Shown piece by piece: positions 1 to 11,970 of a stretch of 64,000 nt of DNA. Source of the DNA: Candidatus Latescibacterota bacterium. Lineage in GTDB: Bacteria > Latescibacterota > UBA2968 > SICM01. Location of the stretch: assembly GCA_965217865.1 (NCBI GenBank), contig CBDCJO010000002.1, positions 4,704,001 to 4,768,000 of the forward strand, written 5' to 3'. The notes beneath the pieces were generated by a model. The model was given only the letters and a program-made list of their open reading frames with translations. It searched no databases and was not told where the DNA came from. Numbering within the stretch: the stretch's first letter is position 1; the number at the start of each line of letters is the position of its first letter. The position numbers were made by a program, and so were the translations under genes.

Positions 1-537
1 AGGGTCCACAATAATCTTGAGTGGATTGACAAGTTTGAATCCGCCGATGCTGCTGAACTGTCCTCCAATGAAGACAGCCGAGATTTCCAGGAAGTTTGTG
101 GCCAACTGGAGAGGAAACAGGATAATCACGGCGATCAGGTTAAAAAAATCGTGAATTGTAGCCGCAGAGAAGGCCCGTTTGAATTCTCCGGATCTCGAAA
201 TATGGCCCACGGATACCAGCGTATTGGTGACGCTTGTACCGATGTTCGCGCCCATGATGATCGGTATGGCTCGAGAGACGTCCAGGGCGCCCCCGGCCAC
301 GAGCCCAACCGTCATCGATGTGGTCGTTGAAGAACTTTGCACGAGACTCGTGGCAAGCACGCCGATAAAAAGGCCCACAAAGGGATTGGCCGTGGTCGCG
401 AGAAGCACCTCGGCAAATCCCTTTCCGAAAAACTTAAAGGAGGCCCCCATCAACTTGATGCTTACAAAGAACAGGTAGAGCAAAATCAACAGAAGGATCA
501 ATCTAATTAGAGGATTAACACCTGACTGTCGGTCCAT
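1..537 (-). CDS. Na+/phosphate cotransporter (NptA/SLC34 family), 3' part runs off the window
   Basis: Manual translation from ATG at 537: MDRQSGVNPLIRLILLL...ATSLVQSSSTTTSMTVGLV...IPIIMGANIGTSVTNT...AFSAATIHDFFN; QSSS and GANIGTS signature motifs. Confidence 0.9.
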   Translation of the reverse strand, partial: MDRQSGVNPLIRLILLLILLYLFFVSIKLMGASFKFFGKGFAEVLLATTANPFVGLFIGVLATSLVQSSSTTTSMTVGLVAGGALDVSRAIPIIMGANIGTSVTNTLVSVGHISRSGEFKRAFSAATIHDFFNLIAVIILFPLQLATNFLEISAVFIGGQFSSIGGFKLVNPLKIIVDP

Positions 538-710
538 GGGGCCTGTGGGTTGGAGGGTTGGATTTTCCTAAATCCGACACGTTCTTCGGGTATGGGTCTA
601 TCGAAATCTGGATATGGGACTTTAACTATAGGTGAGCTGAAGAGATGGCTCTTCGAGGGAGGGAAGAAGGTCTGTGTCGAATTAGAAGGATTGTGTAGAC
701 GGAGACGGCA

Positions 711-1732
711 TTATTCGTGAAACTTTTCGTCGTTCTTCTCGATCTTGGAAGAGAGCTGGACGGCCTTTCGGCGTCCGACCAGTCCAGGACGTCCCAGGAA
801 CTTGGGTTTTGTCCCGACGAAGACGACGGTGGGTTCCTTCACCCGCGTGTCGAGCTTCAACACGTCACCCACTTGGAGTTTCAGCACATCTTTGAAGGTG
901 ACCCCTCTGCTTTCCCAAGGACCGCCCGGATCGGGGCCATCACCTGTGTTACCTGAGAAAGGCGGTGAACCTTTTCGGACTCCTTTCGCCCCTTTTCCCG
1001 ATATGCCCAGTTCTGCACGTTGAGCAGGTTGATGACGGGTTCCAGGGTAAAAAACGGGTAGCAGAGGTTCACCAGGCCGGAGGCGTGCTGGCTGTTGATC
1101 TCGAAAGCGATCAGGAGGACGGTGTCCGAAGCCGCGGCGACCTGCATAAATTCGGGGTTGGTCTCCAGTTCCGCATCCGACATCTGGATTTTCAGCAGGG
1201 TTTCCCAGGTGGCCTCCAGATCCTCCAGAGTGCGGGCCACCACTTTGCCCATCACGCTCCGTTCGATCGAGGTGAGCACGCGCGCATCTCCGGATGATGG
1301 TGTGCTTCCTTTCCCCCCGAACTGGCGATCCACGAAAGAATAGGCCACCGGCAGGGCAAAATCGATCACCGCCGGTCCGCCCAGGGGTTCTATGGCGAAG
1401 ACGTAGGAGCAGGACGGGTTGGACAGAGACATGATGAACTCTGCATATGTGGTCTGGTCCACAAAAGCGATGTCGGCGTCCACCACCGCCCGCTGGAGGT
1501 TGGAGAACGAGGCGGCTAGGTTTCTGGCAAGGCTGGAGTGGATGTTCTCCAGGGTGCGTATCTGATCCTTAGAGACCCGGTTGGGGTGTTTAAAGTCGTA
1601 GGTCACAACAGGCTTGATCGGGGCTGCGGCTGACTTGACCTCCCGACCACCCCCCCCACCCCCTCCCGACTCGGAACTGCCTGTGGCCGTTAGAAGGGCA
1701 TCTATCTCATCCTGTGACAGTATGTCTGGCAT
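711..1732 (-). CDS. fliM: Flagellar motor switch protein FliM, with a frameshift near 902
   Basis: N-terminal CheY-binding LSQDEIDALL, YDFKHP, ETNPEF. After a G run near 902-905 a different frame continues VTFKDVLKLQVGDVLKL...KFLGRPG (SPOA domain) to TAA at 711. Confidence 0.9.
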
Positions 1733-2157
1733 GCAGATTTCCTCCGGATCTATGGCCAAATCTTAAACGAAAAATCGGATGCTGACCGGACCCGAACGCC
1801 AAAATATTCCGGGTCCTTATCTCTAATTTTCGTCAAATTCGATAATTCCTTGACCCCTTAAATAACGTATGATATATTCAGTGGTGAACAAAATTATACT
1901 AAACTTCGATCCTGTGAGGATGTTACCTAACGAACAATATAAGAAAATTCCGTCCTAATTTCAACAGATTACCTTATTTCTAATCAGCTTTTGTTGAAAT
2001 CGAAAGGACTTGAATCGTAAAATGCGCCGAGTGAATATCTCAGACCGGGGAGAGTCCTGGGACTGCGGGGCAACCACTTTCCCCCATCTATTCCGTCCGA
2101 TTCGCTTGAACCCTGGCATAGGACAAAATATCATTAAACGGAATCCTGGAGGAAGAA

Positions 2158-3771
<1,614 letters not shown>

Positions 3772-3792
3772 GATCGCCCGAGGAGAATTCAC

Positions 3793-3821
3793 TTGACAAT
3801 CAAAAGGCCTCGCATTATGTT
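3793..3821 (+). promoter_or_regulatory. Sigma70-type promoter
   Basis: TTGACA (3793-3798), 17-bp spacer, TATGTT (3816-3821). Confidence 0.65.
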
Positions 3822-3938
3822 CACAGAAATTCAGGACCTTCGGCAGTTTCCTACAAGGGTTCTGCGCGGCCTCTCTAGCCGGGAGGAATTCGGGTGGGAG
3901 AGTGCACCTGCCCGATTTCTAGAGCTTCTCCGGGAATG

Positions 3939-3968
3939 AACCCCACATCCAATGTGTGCGGGTTTTTT
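3939..3968 (+). terminator. Terminator-like hairpin in the leader of the GWxTD gene
   Basis: ACCCCACAT-cca-ATGTG(tgc)GGGT bulged stem followed by a T run. Confidence 0.45.
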
Positions 3969-3989
3969 CGTTTTTGACAGGATTTCGGA

Positions 3990-6900
3990 ATGCGCAACGA
4001 TCGCAGCATAACCAGACCATCATCCGCGGGGTGGAAACGGAAGGTCTTGATCCACCTGGCCTTGGTTTTTGGAATAGTCGTATTCGGTCTCCTTCAAGGG
4101 CCGATTTCCCGGGCGGCAGAAAGCCTTTCCCCTTCGGGGAAGGCCCGGGTCGATTCCCTGATGCGGAAAGCCGACCAGCGGTTGAGTGATGGGGATATCC
4201 GGGGAGCCGGGTCCGTTTTCGAGGAGGTCATAACGATCGACCCCGAACACGCGGTCGCTCTTCGGTTGCTCGGGGCGATCTATCTTGGGGAAGGACGGCT
4301 GGATGAGGCGGAGGAGGTGCTTCAGATGTCTCTCAAGATCGAAGACTCCGGGGACACCTGGTATGGTCTGGGGATGGCGACGGCCCCGGGGGACATCGCC
4401 GAAAAGCGATTGGCCGTCACCCGATTCCGAGAAGCCCTGAAGCGGAACCCGCGGCTAATCGATGCCCGGTTTCAACTTGCTGTTGTCCTGCACGCCCTGA
4501 AAGAGCCGGATGCGATCGTTGAGATGGAGGGTGTGGTGAGGATGGATTCGACCCGTTCTGCGGCTTATGAAGCCCTCTCCAGATGGGTCGAACCAGGACC
4601 GGATGGCATGCAAAAATCAATCGAATGGTGTGAGCGGGGTTTGAAGCTGCATCCTGGCGACCCGGCCCTTCAGATTCGGAAGGCAGAACTAAAGCTGATT
4701 TCCGGGAAAGAGGAATCCGAGGCGGTGGCGGAATTGTTGGCTCTTTTCAAAAAGTGGCCCAAGCAGGTTCGAAGACTTCCCCAGGACCTCCTTCCAAGGA
4801 TTTCTCTCGCTTTGATCGCGAATGAGAAGTGGGAACCCGCTTACGAGGCCTTTCGCGCTTTTCTGGATCGGTCCAGCCCTCAGGTGCGTGCGTTTTTTGA
4901 GGATATCTCCCTGGTCGGCACCGTGGCGGAGGTGGAGGCCTTCTACAAACTTGAACCCTCGATGGTGGACGTATTCCTGGCGCAGTTCTGGGCCCGGCGG
5001 GACGTGGATCTGACCTCGGGTGTCAATCGCAGGCGGCTGGAGCATTACCGGAGGATCTGGATCGCCATGACGGAGTTTCCGGGAGCTGTGGGCCCCTGGG
5101 ATCGGAGAGGCGAGATCTACATTCGGTATGGGGACCCCGATTTTCGGCAGACCAGCGACAATCCTGATTTCGAGGGGGGGATGGACCCCAGGGTTCGGGC
5201 TGTCCGAAAGCGCACAGCTTCCCGAATCTACGGTCCCGCGATGGCGAGAGGGGAGGACATGAAAGCCATCGTCAATGCCCTAGGGGGAAAATTGGAGGAT
5301 AACAACCTCGATACCTCGGTAAGATCGCTTATAAGGGGAAGTCAAACACAGGCTACTTCGGATGAAGATTCAACCTTTGTGGGGGAATTCATGGCCGAGA
5401 GCTTTGACGCGATGAGTGCGTCTGCGGTCGATATGATGGAGTTTTTCAAGGGTCCCGCCTATCCGGTGAAGAACTCCGAACATGGGTTCACGATTGTAGC
5501 GGCCGGGGGATTCACATCCTCTCGTTGGGAGAGCTGGATCTACTTCCGGGTCGGCGGCGGGATGGAGTTCGTCTTTACGGATGATGACAATAACGGCGAC
5601 TACGAATTCCCCGGCGTCCCCGTCTTCACACCTACGCTAAAAACAGGTGAGATGAAGCGATTGGCGCGCATCGGATTGGCCTCCAAACTCCGGGTGGAGG
5701 CGCCTGAGGAGGTCTTTCGTGCACTAAAAATGGATGCCCCGGCATTGTATATCCCGGAGACGCTGGCCGAGCCCCTTGTTGTCGATGTGGCCACCGTAGA
5801 TTTTCGGGGGGTGGGCGACAGTTCGCGCGTGGAAGTCCATCTGGAGCTGCCCTCGGCCCAGTTCGATCTGGAGGGTCAGGATTGGTCAGGGGAACGGCTG
5901 GTGGTCGTATACGATCTGGCATGGCGAGAGGTTCGCCGATCCATCGGGCGTTCCACACTCAACGGGTTTGGGGGGTTTCTGGATGTGGCCAAATTGAATC
6001 TTCTTCCGGATGAGTATTACATTGCTGTAAGGGTAAAAGACCCGGTGTCCAAGCGAAGTCGGTTATACCGGGACAGGCTTCTTGCCGCGGATTATAGAGG
6101 GGACGCACTCGGGTTGAGCGGGATCCTGCTTTCCCGGGATATCTCACCCGCCTTGGAGGAGGGAAAATTCGTGAGGAACGGGCTTCGTGTGATCCCCGTG
6201 CCATCCCGGGTGTTCGACCTTGAGCAGGATCTCTACGTCTACTTCGAGATCTACAACCTCTCCCAAATTTCGAGTGGGCAGACCCGTTATCGGGTCGACT
6301 ACAATGTCCGGGGGATGAAGAAAAAAAGAGGCATCTTCGGGAGGCTGACCGGACGAGGCAAAAATCGTCGTGACGTCACCGTCTCCTATGAATACGGCGG
6401 AGAGTTGCGGGATGACACGGTCTACAATGCGCTCGATCTAAAAAAGAGCAAGGGGGGTGTGGATACCCTGGAGGTGACGGTCAAGGATCTCAATAGCGAA
6501 CAGAAAGCCAGCAAACAAACGTATTTTACCCTGGTGTCCGCGAAGGAGATCACCAAAAGGGATCGGGAAATGAGGAAGCGGGAGGCCAGGATAAAGAAGG
6601 ACTACAGCGTGGCCGGTTCGGCTGACGGGAACCGCGAGGGGGGGAGTTTAAAGGAGGCCTTTCGTAAGCGGCATAAAGTCCTCCGGGGTGGGGAGATGGT
6701 CTATGTGCCGGGAGCCGGGTTCTGGATCGATCAATTTGAGGTGACAAACGCCGCGTATGCGGAGTTTGTCAACGAAACCCTGCATCGCGTTCCTAAGGTT
6801 TCGGACCCGGTCTCCGTCGGGATGGCGGGTTGGAACATGTGGCAGGGAAAGTCCCCGCCTTTGGGTTGCGAGGACTACCCCGTCGTGGGTGTTAGCTGGA

Positions 6901-7292
6901 AGGATGCCGTTGCGTATTGCGAATGGGCGGGCAAACGATTGCCGAAGTATAAGGAATGGAGACGGGCGGCACACGGGCAGGAGATGCGAAGATATCCCTG
7001 GGGGAGGATGAAACCAAACAGAAGACTTGCGAACTATGGGGATAAGGTCGGGCATCCGATGGACGTGGGGAGTTATCCGGACGGCGCGAGCGCTTTCAAG
7101 GCTTTCGATTTGGGTGGCAACGTCTGGGAGTGGACTTCGACCTCAGGTGGAAGAAAGCGCCGGGTCATCTGCGGGGCGTCGTGGTATTCCCGGTCCCTCT
7201 TCCTCCAGAGTGGGAAACACTACGACTGGGAGGCGGGACATCGAAACGAAATTATCGGTTTCCGATGTGTGAGATCGGATAAGGGGCCATAA
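3990..7292 (+). CDS. Secreted or membrane-anchored TPR + GWxTD-like domain + C-terminal FGE-sulfatase (SUMF1/CLec-fold) domain protein
   Basis: N-terminal hydrophobic segment, TPR-like helices, FW..RD...EHYRRI...GPWDRRGEIYIRYGDPD (GWxTD-like), then FEVTNAAY, YPVVGVSWKDAVAYCEWAGKRLP, DLGGNVWEW, GFRCV. Confidence 0.75.
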   Translation: MRNDRSITRPSSAGWKRKVLIHLALVFGIVVFGLLQGPISRAAESLSPSGKARVDSLMRKADQRLSDGDIRGAGSVFEEVITIDPEHAVALRLLGAIYLGEGRLDEAEEVLQMSLKIEDSGDTWYGLGMATAPGDIAEKRLAVTRFREALKRNPRLIDARFQLAVVLHALKEPDAIVEMEGVVRMDSTRSAAYEALSRWVEPGPDGMQKSIEWCERGLKLHPGDPALQIRKAELKLISGKEESEAVAELLALFKKWPKQVRRLPQDLLPRISLALIANEKWEPAYEAFRAFLDRSSPQVRAFFEDISLVGTVAEVEAFYKLEPSMVDVFLAQFWARRDVDLTSGVNRRRLEHYRRIWIAMTEFPGAVGPWDRRGEIYIRYGDPDFRQTSDNPDFEGGMDPRVRAVRKRTASRIYGPAMARGEDMKAIVNALGGKLEDNNLDTSVRSLIRGSQTQATSDEDSTFVGEFMAESFDAMSASAVDMMEFFKGPAYPVKNSEHGFTIVAAGGFTSSRWESWIYFRVGGGMEFVFTDDDNNGDYEFPGVPVFTPTLKTGEMKRLARIGLASKLRVEAPEEVFRALKMDAPALYIPETLAEPLVVDVATVDFRGVGDSSRVEVHLELPSAQFDLEGQDWSGERLVVVYDLAWREVRRSIGRSTLNGFGGFLDVAKLNLLPDEYYIAVRVKDPVSKRSRLYRDRLLAADYRGDALGLSGILLSRDISPALEEGKFVRNGLRVIPVPSRVFDLEQDLYVYFEIYNLSQISSGQTRYRVDYNVRGMKKKRGIFGRLTGRGKNRRDVTVSYEYGGELRDDTVYNALDLKKSKGGVDTLEVTVKDLNSEQKASKQTYFTLVSAKEITKRDREMRKREARIKKDYSVAGSADGNREGGSLKEAFRKRHKVLRGGEMVYVPGAGFWIDQFEVTNAAYAEFVNETLHRVPKVSDPVSVGMAGWNMWQGKSPPLGCEDYPVVGVSWKDAVAYCEWAGKRLPKYKEWRRAAHGQEMRRYPWGRMKPNRRLANYGDKVGHPMDVGSYPDGASAFKAFDLGGNVWEWTSTSGGRKRRVICGASWYSRSLFLQSGKHYDWEAGHRNEIIGFRCVRSDKGP

Positions 7293-7322
7293 GGAGCCCC
7301 TCCGATAGGCCGGATCCATGGG

Positions 7323-8144
7323 TCATCGCTTGACGAAGAACATGATATACTCGTGCTTGAAGACATAGAATCCCCCTGCCAGCGCACGGTATTTCCAGAG
7401 GTGGAGCTGGTTGCGTTTCCCGCGGTTTTCCTGAATGTCCTTCACGCAGATACTCTTGAGCTGAAATCCCTCTCGTATGACGACCTGCATGGCCTCGAAA
7501 CCGAGAGGTACCCATTCTCCTCTTGCATATTTGTCCCCGATGACCAGGACCAGGTAGCGCCCAGGTTCCAACAAAGCCGAGGCCTTCCTCACGATTTCAG
7601 AAAGGCCGTCGCAGAAGGCCATTAAAGAAGGCGCGTTGGAGAGGTCCTCCTGTGATTCGCTGAATCGAATGATGTCGTGGTAGGGGGGGTGCAGAATCAG
7701 GAGCTGGATCGATTCACTCCCGATGTCGCCAAGGTGGGAACGGACCTTTCCCCACACCGCTTCGGATTGGCTGTCCCCGGTGATGACCGCAGTGGTGATC
7801 CCGTGCGGGTTCTCCTGGGAAGCGATCCGCTTTCTCGCTTCTTTGGCCACATCCCCATTTAAGTCGATCCCGATTCCGTGTCTGCCCAGGCGTCGGCATT
7901 CGATCAGCGTGGTGCCCGATCCAAGAAAGGGGTCCAGAACGATCTCGCCGGGCTTCGAAAACCGGCAGAGGGCCTGTGTGGCGATCTGGGGGATAAAGTT
8001 CCCCCAGTAGTCACCATCGTGGGACCCGCTCTTTCCGCGCTCCGGCATGAGCCAGAGGCTGTCTGTGAGGACCGTCGGGTATTCCTTCCATCGCTTCAGG
8101 TCAATATCGCTGAAAGGCGTGGTTTTCGGTGCGCCGGCTTTCAA
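7323..8144 (-). CDS. Orphan amino-methyltransferase (N4-C/N6-A DNA MTase, TRM11-like)
   Basis: GNFIPQI, SAM-binding motif VLDPFLGSGTT, catalytic motif HPPY. Confidence 0.8.
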   Translation of the reverse strand: MKAGAPKTTPFSDIDLKRWKEYPTVLTDSLWLMPERGKSGSHDGDYWGNFIPQIATQALCRFSKPGEIVLDPFLGSGTTLIECRRLGRHGIGIDLNGDVAKEARKRIASQENPHGITTAVITGDSQSEAVWGKVRSHLGDIGSESIQLLILHPPYHDIIRFSESQEDLSNAPSLMAFCDGLSEIVRKASALLEPGRYLVLVIGDKYARGEWVPLGFEAMQVVIREGFQLKSICVKDIQENRGKRNQLHLWKYRALAGGFYVFKHEYIMFFVKR

Positions 8145-8266
8145 AAGCGTTCCCTTGGATGGAGATAGGGCCGCCTGATCATTCGCGATTCAGGCGGCCC
8201 TTGAATTTTAGGTTCCGATGCGACCCACTCCGGGTTGTTCGCAGGCAGGGTTCACAACCCCTCCTG

Positions 8267-10648
8267 TTAACACTTCGACCATCCACAGTGATGGCAGACG
8301 AGGCATCCGGTCTCGTGAGCGACCGTTGAACCACACTCCGGACACGTGACCAGTAAATGAACACGCCCGGGCCCATCTTTTATACCGGTTGGCTCCCCGG
8401 TCTCTCCATTCCCCGTCGGATCGGCCACCGTCGGCTTCCCCTCCCTTTCATCCATATAGATCTCCAGTGCTTTGCCGATGGCATCCGGGGTGGACAGGAT
8501 GAGCTGTCCGTTCTCCCAGACCGGGGTCGGTCCGGAGATGCCCTTGAGCTCCTCCACGATCTCTCGAGGTTCGATTCCGGACCTGAGACACAGGGAGATC
8601 AGTCTGCTGATGGCCTCAGATTGCGCTGCTGCGTTTCCGCCCGCCTTCCCGATGGTCGTGAAGACTTCGCACAACCCGAGATCGTCTTCATTGATCGTGA
8701 GGTAGAGGTTTCCCTCGCCTGTCCGGACCCGCTTCGTGACCCCCTTCGTCGTAGCCGGGCGCTTGCGGGGGTGGTGTCCCCTTCCCTTTTGACCGGTCGC
8801 TTTTGGATCTCCCTCCTGCTTGGAGGCGAAGCTGTCGGTTTGAAGGATGCCCGTCCGGGATCCTTCTCGATAAACGGTCACCCCCTTCAGTCCCTCCTTG
8901 TATGCCGTGATATAGATGTCCGCAACGGTCTCCACGGAGATGTCCTGAGGTAGATTGATCGTGGATGAGATGGCCGAATCGACGTATTTCTGGATCACAC
9001 CCTGGAGTTTCACGCGAAAATATGGATCGATCTGGTGCGCGGTCCGTACATAATCGGGCAGGTTTTCATCCCCTCCGAACAGTTTCTTGATGAGCGGATG
9101 GTAGACCTTGTAGTCCTTGAAAGACTCCCCGTCTGCCTGCTTGACCCTCCTGTGGTAGGAGGTGCAAAAGATCGGCTCGATGCCGGAGGAGGTTTCCGCA
9201 ACGATCGAACCGGTTCCTACCGGAGGCACGGTGATCACGGTTCCGTTCCTTATTCCGTGCCTCTGGATCTTTTCCTGCAGCTCCCCCGGCAGCCTCTGGA
9301 TGAATTCGCTCTTGGCGAACCCCTCCCATTCGAAAGCGGGAAACGGCCCCCGCTCTTTGGCCATTTCCACTGACTCGTCATAGGCCTCATAACAGATGGT
9401 CGCCATGATCTGGTCCGTCTGGTTGAGGGCCTCCTGGGAGTCGTAAGGGATTTTCATGGCCACCAGGGCGTCGCCAAGCCCGGTGATACCCAGGCCCACA
9501 CGCCGGTCCGACGCGACGGCCTCCTTGATCTTCGGCAGCGCGTGATTCGACATGTTGTATGTGATAACGTTTTCCATGAAGCGCGTGGCGATACGCGTTG
9601 TGCGCTTCAAGTCCTCCTGGTCGAAGCTCCCATCCTCCCGCACGCACCTGAGGAGGTTGATGTTCCCCAGGTTGCAGGCGGTATAGGATGCCAGGGGTTG
9701 TTCCCCACAGGGATTTGTTGAACTGAGTGGATTGATATACTCCACGTTATGGCACGCCTTTGTCCGATCCCAGAAGATGACGCCGGGTTCCGCAGAGGCG
9801 TGTGCGTTCCGAATGATTTTATTCCAGAGCCACCGTGCCTTCAAGGTCTTGTATACTTTCCCTCCCCATCGGAGGTCGAAGTCTTGGTCGTTGATCACGG
9901 CCTCCATGAACTCATCGGTGGCCAGGACAGAGATGTTGGCATACTGCACCTTTAATCTCTTGGGATCATTCTTGATGACGATGAAGTCCTCAATGTCAGG
10001 GTGATCCACCCTCAGTGTGAGCATGAGCGCCCCTCTCCGGCCGGCCTGTGCCACCGTGTTGGTGCTCTCCGAGAGGAGATGCATAAATGCCGTGGACCCG
10101 GGAGACGTATCCACCGTCGCGTTGACCGATGAGCCCTTGGGTCGGAGAATGGAAAGGTCTGTGCCGACTCCCCCGCCCGTTCGGTAGACCATGGCTGATT
10201 CGGTGAGGCAGCGATAGATTCCCTCGATGCTGTCCTCTTCGATCGGGATAACATAACAGTTGCTGAGCGTCGGCCGCCGTTTGGCTTCCTCCCTTCCTGC
10301 GCCGTGCATGGCGCGTCCACCCGGGATGAACTTGAAGTCCTTTAAGATGGAGAAGAAGGCCTGATACCATCGTCCCTGCTCGTGTTCAACAGACGCCATG
10401 GCCCGGGCGACCCGATCCCACATCTGAAACGGACCATTCTCGCCGGGGGCCAGGTATTTATTCCGCATTACATCCGCTGCTAAGGTATTGTCAGCGTAGT
10501 AGAGATCGGCGTCAAACGATTTGTCTGGAGGGGCTTGGGGTTCAGCCTTATGTTTTGTCGGTGGGGTTTTTTGGTCCGCCACTGCCACCCGATCCACACC
10601 TCCATTTCCTGCAGCATCGTGAACCCTCGACTTGCCGTTGCCTGACAT
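8267..10648 (-). CDS. nrdJ: Class II adenosylcobalamin-dependent ribonucleotide reductase with C-terminal TSCPD domain and Zn ribbon
   Basis: LSNCYV, GGGVG, RRGA, STNPCGEQ, GLGITG, SSGIEP, SSTIN, KGVTVYREGSR, C-terminal CPEC..CHHCGWSKC. ATG at 10648 has an AAGGAGG RBS (track ORF extends to 10717). Confidence 0.93.
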   Translation of the reverse strand: MSGNGKSRVHDAAGNGGVDRVAVADQKTPPTKHKAEPQAPPDKSFDADLYYADNTLAADVMRNKYLAPGENGPFQMWDRVARAMASVEHEQGRWYQAFFSILKDFKFIPGGRAMHGAGREEAKRRPTLSNCYVIPIEEDSIEGIYRCLTESAMVYRTGGGVGTDLSILRPKGSSVNATVDTSPGSTAFMHLLSESTNTVAQAGRRGALMLTLRVDHPDIEDFIVIKNDPKRLKVQYANISVLATDEFMEAVINDQDFDLRWGGKVYKTLKARWLWNKIIRNAHASAEPGVIFWDRTKACHNVEYINPLSSTNPCGEQPLASYTACNLGNINLLRCVREDGSFDQEDLKRTTRIATRFMENVITYNMSNHALPKIKEAVASDRRVGLGITGLGDALVAMKIPYDSQEALNQTDQIMATICYEAYDESVEMAKERGPFPAFEWEGFAKSEFIQRLPGELQEKIQRHGIRNGTVITVPPVGTGSIVAETSSGIEPIFCTSYHRRVKQADGESFKDYKVYHPLIKKLFGGDENLPDYVRTAHQIDPYFRVKLQGVIQKYVDSAISSTINLPQDISVETVADIYITAYKEGLKGVTVYREGSRTGILQTDSFASKQEGDPKATGQKGRGHHPRKRPATTKGVTKRVRTGEGNLYLTINEDDLGLCEVFTTIGKAGGNAAAQSEAISRLISLCLRSGIEPREIVEELKGISGPTPVWENGQLILSTPDAIGKALEIYMDEREGKPTVADPTGNGETGEPTGIKDGPGRVHLLVTCPECGSTVAHETGCLVCHHCGWSKC

Positions 10649-10980
10649 GAATGCGCCCTCCTTCGGTATGGAATGACTTAACCCCAATTCGAAAACGTTG
10701 TCAACGCAATCCCCCATTGCTGGGTTTGGTTTTTCGGAGAGATTTCCCCCCCCGCTTCGATTTTATTCGCGATCGATTTCCAAAATGTGAACGGGATGAA
10801 TGAAGGGGATTTTTTAGTTTGAAGTAAAGGATACCCCTAGCCGCTCCGGATCCTTGCGGGCGACGTGAACGTGGGAGAACGTTGAAAGGGGATTATAGCG
10901 AGTTGGAGCACGGCTCCTCGCCACCGCGTGGGGGGAACGAATCAAGGGGATTCAATCCGGGTGGCAAGGTGCGATTCGGG

Positions 10981-11451
10981 TCAACCGCCTTTCTTGGGGA
11001 TGGTTCCTAGCTGTCGAAGTTCCTCCGCAAACTCATTCAAGTCTTTGAAGTGGTAATAAACGGAGGCGAACCGGATATAAGCGATATGGTCAAGGGATTT
11101 CAACTCGTCCATCACCAGGAGCCCGACATCCTTTTTAGCGTTGATCTCCCGCTCTCCAAGCCCTACCAGTTTGGCCTCGATCCGATCGACGATCTCTTCG
11201 ATTTTAGCGGTGGGGATAGGGCGCTTGTTGCAAGCGATCTGAAGCTTTGAAAACAACTTGCTCCGGTCGAACGGTTCCCGCCGACCATCGGACTTGATTA
11301 CGGTGATCGGCATGTCTTCTATGTATTCGTACGTGGTGAACCGTCTCCCGCAACTCAGGCATTCCCGGCGTCTACGAATAGAATTTCCCTCTTTGCTGGA
11401 CCTGGAATCGACGACTTTGTCTTCCAGGGAATCGCAATAGGGACATCGCAT
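10981..11451 (-). CDS. nrdR: Transcriptional repressor NrdR
   Basis: MRCPYC...VVDSR...IRRRRECLSCGRRFTTYE, ATP cone, AYIRFASVY. Confidence 0.97.
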   Translation of the reverse strand: MRCPYCDSLEDKVVDSRSSKEGNSIRRRRECLSCGRRFTTYEYIEDMPITVIKSDGRREPFDRSKLFSKLQIACNKRPIPTAKIEEIVDRIEAKLVGLGEREINAKKDVGLLVMDELKSLDHIAYIRFASVYYHFKDLNEFAEELRQLGTIPKKGG

Positions 11452-11465
11452 GGAGACTCCTTCAC

Positions 11466-11512
11466 CAACTAATTGTTGTAGTCGGATTCAAATATAATAC
11501 AAAATGTTGTGT
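11466..11512 (-). promoter_or_regulatory. Tandem NrdR boxes over the nrdR promoter
   Basis: Minus-strand ACACAACATTTTGTAT (11497-11512) and CTACAACAATTAGTTG (11466-11481), 31 bp apart, resembling acaCwAtATaTwGtgt. TTGACA at 11513-11518 overlaps the rpiB stop codon. Confidence 0.75.
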
Positions 11513-11514
11513 TG

Positions 11515-11970
11515 TCAAGTGGATTTTCCGGCTTTTTTTTCATATTCGGAAATCTTCCGAACCCTTCTCTGGTGCCTCTCGCCTTCAAATCCGGTACTGA
11601 GCCAGGTTTGCAGGATCCCTGCCGCACTTTGAGGGTCGGTGGTCCGACCCCCGAGGACAAGGATGTTCGCGTCGTTGTGGCGGCGGCTCATCTCCGCCAT
11701 CTCGTCAGAGGTACAGAGCGCTGCCCTGATTCCCGCCACCTTGTTTGCGACATAAGACATCCCCAGCCCGGTGCCACAGACAAGAAGGCCCCGCTGGGCG
11801 TCCCCTCGTGAAATGGCCTCGGCCACAGCAAACCCGAAATCCGGATAGTCCACCGACTCCTCAGAGTGGGTACCAAGATCCACCACCTCATTCCCCTTCT
11901 CAATAAGGTGTGCCTTGAGACGCTCCTTGAGGGAGAATCCGGCGTGATCGCTTCCGACGGCGAACTTCAT
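11515..11970 (-). CDS. rpiB: Ribose-5-phosphate isomerase B
   Basis: GSDHAG, VDYPD, CGTGLG, SRRHNDANIL, FEGERHQRR. Confidence 0.96.
   Translation of the reverse strand: MKFAVGSDHAGFSLKERLKAHLIEKGNEVVDLGTHSEESVDYPDFGFAVAEAISRGDAQRGLLVCGTGLGMSYVANKVAGIRAALCTSDEMAEMSRRHNDANILVLGGRTTDPQSAAGILQTWLSTGFEGERHQRRVRKISEYEKKAGKST

Noticed and set aside
2020-2090. Glycine-riboswitch-like words (GGAGAG, CGCCGA, TCTCAG)
   Set aside because: The motifs are in the wrong order and do not form the aptamer.
6700-7292. FGE domain as the maturase for the sulfatase at 22610, or as a DGR target
   Set aside because: The catalytic Cys pair is absent (GASWYSRSLF), and no reverse transcriptase or template repeat is visible in the window.
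10649-10980. Possible cobalamin riboswitch in the long nrdR-nrdJ spacer
   Set aside because: No B12 box or other conserved core motifs on the minus strand.
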